Of a stretch of 64,000 bases of DNA, positions 59,667-64,000 are shown in pieces. The notes under the pieces are model-generated. The model searched no databases. It saw only the letters and a list, made by a program, of their open reading frames with translations, and was not told the origin of the DNA. Made by a program: the position numbers and the translations under genes. Position 1 is the stretch's first letter; the number at the start of each line of letters is the position of its first letter. This DNA comes from Ignavibacteriota bacterium (lineage in GTDB: Bacteria; Bacteroidota; Ignavibacteria; UBA10030), in NCBI GenBank assembly GCA_963701295.1, contig OY969585.1:64001-128000 (forward strand), in the 5' to 3' direction.

Positions 59667-62300
59667 CTACTCATCTTCTTTTTGTAAAAATTCCGGATAC
59701 AGTTTCTTCATACAATCAGGGCAGATACCGTGACTAAAGCGAGCATGCGACCGTTCTTGGATATAGGATTCTACTTGCATCCAGAATCCTTTGTCATCAC
59801 GTATTTGTTTGCAATTTGCACAGATAGGAACAAGTCCGCTCAGTGTTTTGACTTCAGAAAGAGCAGCTTGAAGTTTTTTGATAAGTTGTTCACGTTCTTC
59901 TTCGATTCGCTTCCGTTCAGTGATATCGCGATCAATGCCAATGGTCATTATCTTTCCCTGCATCTTAAAGGGAACCGCAGTGTATTCAATGACATTATCC
60001 TTTCCATCTGGCCGGATCCAGCTATATGATCCGCCAAACACAACATCATGGACGTTGGATTCATGATGGTCATCACTGAGCGATTTTGCAATGTCCATAG
60101 TAGTTCCAATTTGCAGCAATTCTTCTCGACTCCGCCCAGCCATCTCAGCATAGCGTTTATTGCAATCGATGAGCCTTCGATGTTTTCGATTAGAAGTTTC
60201 CTCAAAAACACTGAGACCATCGTATGCATTTTCAAAAACAAATCGAAATTTATCTGCAGTTTCCCGAAGTGTTTCTTCCATTCGTTTGCGCTCAGTGATG
60301 TCACGGTCAATACCAACAGTTCCAATGACTTTGCCTTCGACATCCCGAAGAGGGACTTTGGTCGTCGAAACCCATCTCTCTTTTTCTTCTTTGCTTGCGT
60401 CTACTGCAGGACCTTCGTAATCATATAACCCCTTACCTGATTGAATAATCTCCTGCTCATATGCATAGTATTGCAATGCCAAATCATGCGGAAAAAGGTC
60501 AAAATCCGTTTTCCCGATAAGTTTGTCCTCAGATGAAAATCCGAATTTATGCACCACAGCAATATTGCCTACGATATAACGGCCTTTGGTATCCTTTATA
60601 TAGATGTAATCTGGCAAGTTATCAATTAATGTACGAAGAAGAGTGCGTTCACGTTCGCGCTCTTCCTGCGCCCTCATAAGGTCGCTGATTTCGCGCGAGA
60701 TCCCCACGAGCCCCACGATTTGACCACTGTCATCGCGCATCGGGACTTTTGTGGTCCAAGTCCAAATGGTCTGTCCGTCCTCCAATTGCCTGCTCTCAAT
60801 GAGGCCTATGATCGGTTCGCCTGATTCCATCATTCGCTGTTCAATTTCTATTGACTTTCGGCCATGCTCCTCGCCCCACAGGTCTATATCGGTCTTTCCG
60901 ACGATCTGACTCATATCGTCCACATTCAGGTCTCGCATTTCTTTACGGTTCATTCTAATATGACGGCACTGCCGGTCTTTAAAGTAAATACTATCCGGGA
61001 TGTTATCCATCAGTGCATCTAAAAGTGATTTTTCATGTTTTAGTGCTTCCTCGATATGCTTTTGTTCTGTAATTTCTCGACCGACACCCACAAGACCAGT
61101 AATCTGACCCTGTTCATCCCGCAAGGGCAGCTTGGAGGTAAGCAACCAATGTCCTTTGCCCTCTTTGTCAATAAGAAATTCCTCCTTATTGAGCACCGGT
61201 TGACCAGTTTGGATAACCGATTGATCATCGGCATAGAAAGCTGCCGCTATATCTGCCGGATAGAAATCGTAATCATTCTTTCCCAAGACTTCTGCCTCTG
61301 ATTGTCCGCCCATATTATGAACATCTGCTAAATTAGCGACGGTCTTGCAACATTTAGTGTCTTTCACATATACCGCATCCGGTAGATTATCAATCAATGT
61401 CCGGAGAATATTACGTTCATGCTGAAAAGTCTCTTCTGTTTGTTTGCGTTCGGTGATATCACGAATTGTGAATATATGTAATTCCTTACCGCCCATTCGA
61501 GTGATTCTTCCACGAATCTCTGCAGGAAATGTTGTGTCATTTTTCCGCAGACCAAGAATTTCATAAGATTCTCTTATGTCCAATTGAATCGCCCCATTGA
61601 CGTGAGCACGTAATTCGGGTACGACTATATCGAGGAGTGATTTTCCAATGAGTTCACTCCTCTTATATTCATACATATGTGCAAGTTGATCGTTCATATC
61701 GACAATAATACCATTTTCCGTTAGTGCGATACCTTCAAAGGAAGCCTCAGCAAGCGTCCTGAATCTGTGCTCACTTTCATGCACCGCTTGTTCTATTTGT
61801 TTCTGTGCCTCTTCAGCTTTTTTACGAGAAGTGATATCCTTCACTGCCGAAATAACTGTTGGTTTTCCCTTCAACTCAAATAAATGATTACTCACCTCGA
61901 CCGGAATTCTATGACCATTTTTTGCAAGATGTATCCCTTCCCAGATTGTATATTTCTGTGTCATAAGTTTTTTCATCATCACTTCAACGTGGGGAATGGT
62001 CTCGGGGGCATGAATGTCGTATGGACCTTTTTTAAGAAGTTCCTCCCGGGTATATCCTAATTGTTTGCAGGCAACTCCATTCACTTCGAGAAACTTAGAA
62101 GGCACTCCCTCTTGATTGTGATATTCATAGACAAATATTTCATCATTAACGCTATTGAAAAGAAGATTGTATAACTCAGTAAAAGGCAGCAATACTGTTT
62201 TTGCCCTCTTGTTTGATGCAGCCCCATTTTTTTTTATGCGCTTGCGCAATCGAGCAACTTCGTTAAGAAGTTGAGCCTTTGTTTTAATCATGTGTTTCAT
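59667..62300 (-). CDS. Cytoplasmic multi-PAS (about 6) sensor + Cys-rich C-terminal domain
   Basis: No TM; serial PAS/PAC units ending DITERK; tail CANC...SHGICPDC; GGAG RBS. Confidence 0.9.
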   Translation of the reverse strand: MKHMIKTKAQLLNEVARLRKRIKKNGAASNKRAKTVLLPFTELYNLLFNSVNDEIFVYEYHNQEGVPSKFLEVNGVACKQLGYTREELLKKGPYDIHAPETIPHVEVMMKKLMTQKYTIWEGIHLAKNGHRIPVEVSNHLFELKGKPTVISAVKDITSRKKAEEAQKQIEQAVHESEHRFRTLAEASFEGIALTENGIIVDMNDQLAHMYEYKRSELIGKSLLDIVVPELRAHVNGAIQLDIRESYEILGLRKNDTTFPAEIRGRITRMGGKELHIFTIRDITERKQTEETFQHERNILRTLIDNLPDAVYVKDTKCCKTVANLADVHNMGGQSEAEVLGKNDYDFYPADIAAAFYADDQSVIQTGQPVLNKEEFLIDKEGKGHWLLTSKLPLRDEQGQITGLVGVGREITEQKHIEEALKHEKSLLDALMDNIPDSIYFKDRQCRHIRMNRKEMRDLNVDDMSQIVGKTDIDLWGEEHGRKSIEIEQRMMESGEPIIGLIESRQLEDGQTIWTWTTKVPMRDDSGQIVGLVGISREISDLMRAQEERERERTLLRTLIDNLPDYIYIKDTKGRYIVGNIAVVHKFGFSSEDKLIGKTDFDLFPHDLALQYYAYEQEIIQSGKGLYDYEGPAVDASKEEKERWVSTTKVPLRDVEGKVIGTVGIDRDITERKRMEETLRETADKFRFVFENAYDGLSVFEETSNRKHRRLIDCNKRYAEMAGRSREELLQIGTTMDIAKSLSDDHHESNVHDVVFGGSYSWIRPDGKDNVIEYTAVPFKMQGKIMTIGIDRDITERKRIEEEREQLIKKLQAALSEVKTLSGLVPICANCKQIRDDKGFWMQVESYIQERSHARFSHGICPDCMKKLYPEFLQKEDE
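60664..61403. repeat. Near-identical direct repeat, copy 2
   Basis: Matches 56029-56768. Confidence 0.9.
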
Positions 62301-62978
62301 AATGTAACTCCAACAAAACCTATAATACTCATATCTTATACCAGCTTATTCTGTTTCTCAATACTGCAAGCAATGAATAAAATAAAGAGAAGAAGCACTA
62401 TAGAATTAGGCTTCATAAAAGTATCACCAAGATTATATATGAATAAATAATCGCGAAACTGTAGTGAGAAGAATTCTATTAAGAAATAACTCATATTCCA
62501 TCTCTCCTACGGTGATAACAGTCACAGGAACGTAGGTATGGCATTTCTGCATACTATGTGGGAATATCAGAGATGATGAATGAGACAGCATCAGAATGAA
62601 TATTCGCATGTGCCCACGATGCAATGCTTACATCTGTTCCCCTTTTTCACCGAGATGTACGTTATGGCATTCAACAATAAAATCTTATAAAGAATCACCA
62701 AGACATCATCTGGTGGTAATTTTCGGCAAGATTCTTATCGTCAATGCCGGATGCGCGCTACCACTATTATTTGTACAAATTTACTTTATATCCTCTTCAA
62801 AATCAAAAAATGTTAAAATAGAAAGTAAGGATAAAAAGCAACGAGATCTTCTTGCTCGGCCACGAGAAGTTGCTGTTGCAGTGCATTGATGAGGCCTTTA
62901 CATGTTTATCTAAAATAACTCATGCTATTCAAACATCTTTATATCGCCCTGCCAGGGCTTTGTTTTTTTCTGGTTTAT

Positions 62979-63635
62979 CTACAAAACTGTTTTATATTCG
63001 ATTGCGAATTTAAGGAGGGAATGACTTCCGTGGATTTCAAGCTTGTTGCAGATGTTGGTTCGATGATTCTCGACGGTCCGATAACTGATATGTAAATCAT
63101 CTCCGATTTCTTTACTCGTTTTGTTTCCCGAGATGAGGCGTAGTACTTTGCGTTCGGTGGGTGTGAGGTTCTCCAACTGAGGTTTCTTCTTGAGCAGTGA
63201 ACGGACGTAATCACTTCTGCTGACGAGGTATTCTGAAATAGACGGACTAAGGTAGTACCGTCCAGTTGCAACAGTCTTAATAGCGGCGACGATATCACTT
63301 ACTGCGCTATCCTTCAACACATACCCTTTCACTCCAAGATCCATCGCTTCGTTGAACATATCTTCTTCTTTGTACATCGTTAAAAGGACAATGTGAGACG
63401 GGAGATGTCGTTTGATGATTTCCCCTGCGACCTGAAGGCCAGTTAATCCCGGCATTTCAATATCTAGCACGATAACATCCGGCTTGAGTTTTTCTGTAAG
63501 ATACAGTGCTTGTTGTCCGTCCCCCGCTTCACCGATGATTTCTATGGAACGTTCTGATCCAATTGCTAAGAGCAGGCCTTTGCGAAATATCGGATGATCA
63601 TCTGCAATGATGATTCGTAATTTAGTTTTCGCCAT
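62979..63635 (-). CDS. NarL/LuxR-family response regulator
   Basis: IADDHP, VLDIEMP, LLT, YVLK; HTH LTPTERKVL...TVENHRTNICNKL. Confidence 0.95.
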   Translation of the reverse strand: MAKTKLRIIIADDHPIFRKGLLLAIGSERSIEIIGEAGDGQQALYLTEKLKPDVIVLDIEMPGLTGLQVAGEIIKRHLPSHIVLLTMYKEEDMFNEAMDLGVKGYVLKDSAVSDIVAAIKTVATGRYYLSPSISEYLVSRSDYVRSLLKKKPQLENLTPTERKVLRLISGNKTSKEIGDDLHISYRTVENHRTNICNKLEIHGSHSLLKFAIEYKTVL

Positions 63636-63999
63636 CTATTCTATCGTACGTTTTTATTGTTATTAATACTCTGGTTCCTTTTCCAAGGTTCGATTCAATT
63701 CTCATCGTTCCTCCAATAAACCGAGTACGTTCTGCAATTCCCTGCAAACCTATCCCGCGTTCATTTTGAGTTCGCTGCAGTGAAACATTAAATCCGGTAC
63801 CGTTATCTTCTACGTCAATATTCAGCCGATTATACCATCGCTTGATGGTAACTTTTCCGGCAGTTGCATTCGCATGTTTGATGATATTGTTGACGCATTC
63901 CTGTATAATTCTATAGACATGAATTTCCATTTCTTTTGGAATAAGATTATCAATGGGATCGATATCTGATGTAAAGGAAATCGTCGTCGTCTGCGCTGC
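63622..63999 (-). CDS. NarX-type sensor histidine kinase, C-terminal HATPase part (truncated by window end)
   Basis: YRIIQECVNNIIKHA, EDNGTGF, GIGLQGIAER, GKGTRV; frame stays open to window edge. Confidence 0.92.
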   Translation of the reverse strand, partial: AAQTTTISFTSDIDPIDNLIPKEMEIHVYRIIQECVNNIIKHANATAGKVTIKRWYNRLNIDVEDNGTGFNVSLQRTQNERGIGLQGIAERTRFIGGTMRIESNLGKGTRVLITIKTYDRIDGEN

Positions 64000-64000
64000 T

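Noticed and set aside
62433-62970. ORFs 62433..62624 and 62596..62889 and hairpin GCCCTGCCAGGGC + T-run
   Set aside because: ORFs look non-coding; the hairpin is short and its U-tract is on the strand without a supported gene
1-64000. tRNA, rRNA, riboswitch, IS or prophage elements
   Set aside because: No cloverleaf/T-loop signatures, rRNA-like tracts, transposase, integrase or phage genes recognised by eye; a covariance search was not possible

Overview
Bacterial chromosomal window, probably FCB group/Ignavibacteriota-like (inferred from a secreted protein with a 'FALKQNYPNPFNP' C-terminal sorting domain). About the first 49 kb looks like one large phosphate-starvation island. It carries a PhoB/PhoP-type regulator, phosphatases, a TonB-receptor/beta-helix/acid-phosphatase locus, an OlsF-like ornithine-lipid synthase, a SixA/tandem thymidylate-kinase-like/Ppx polyphosphate operon, a nine-gene NeuB-type ulosonic-acid operon and two pst-phoU operons. 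I found ten arrays of 5-bp repeats at exact 11-bp spacing (Pho-box-like) upstream of these units, most followed by a YATMTT -10-like hexamer. The best candidate for a new system is the Pho-box-headed ulosonic-acid operon: it has an aminotransferase, an SDR, a split transketolase with altered active-site residues, an unclassified transferase and a flippase-like protein, and may make a phosphorus-free anionic envelope glycoconjugate. Other notable items are an unannotated 49-aa membrane microprotein leading pst operon 1, eroded integron-cassette-like insertions, and (49-62 kb) a tandem array of propeller/PAS sensors that have no kinase and all end in the same CxxC-x29-CxxC domain. Four single-base frameshifts and one in-frame TAG may be sequencing errors. 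No rRNA, tRNA, CRISPR array or transposase was seen. All family calls are by-eye motif recognition; no searches were run.
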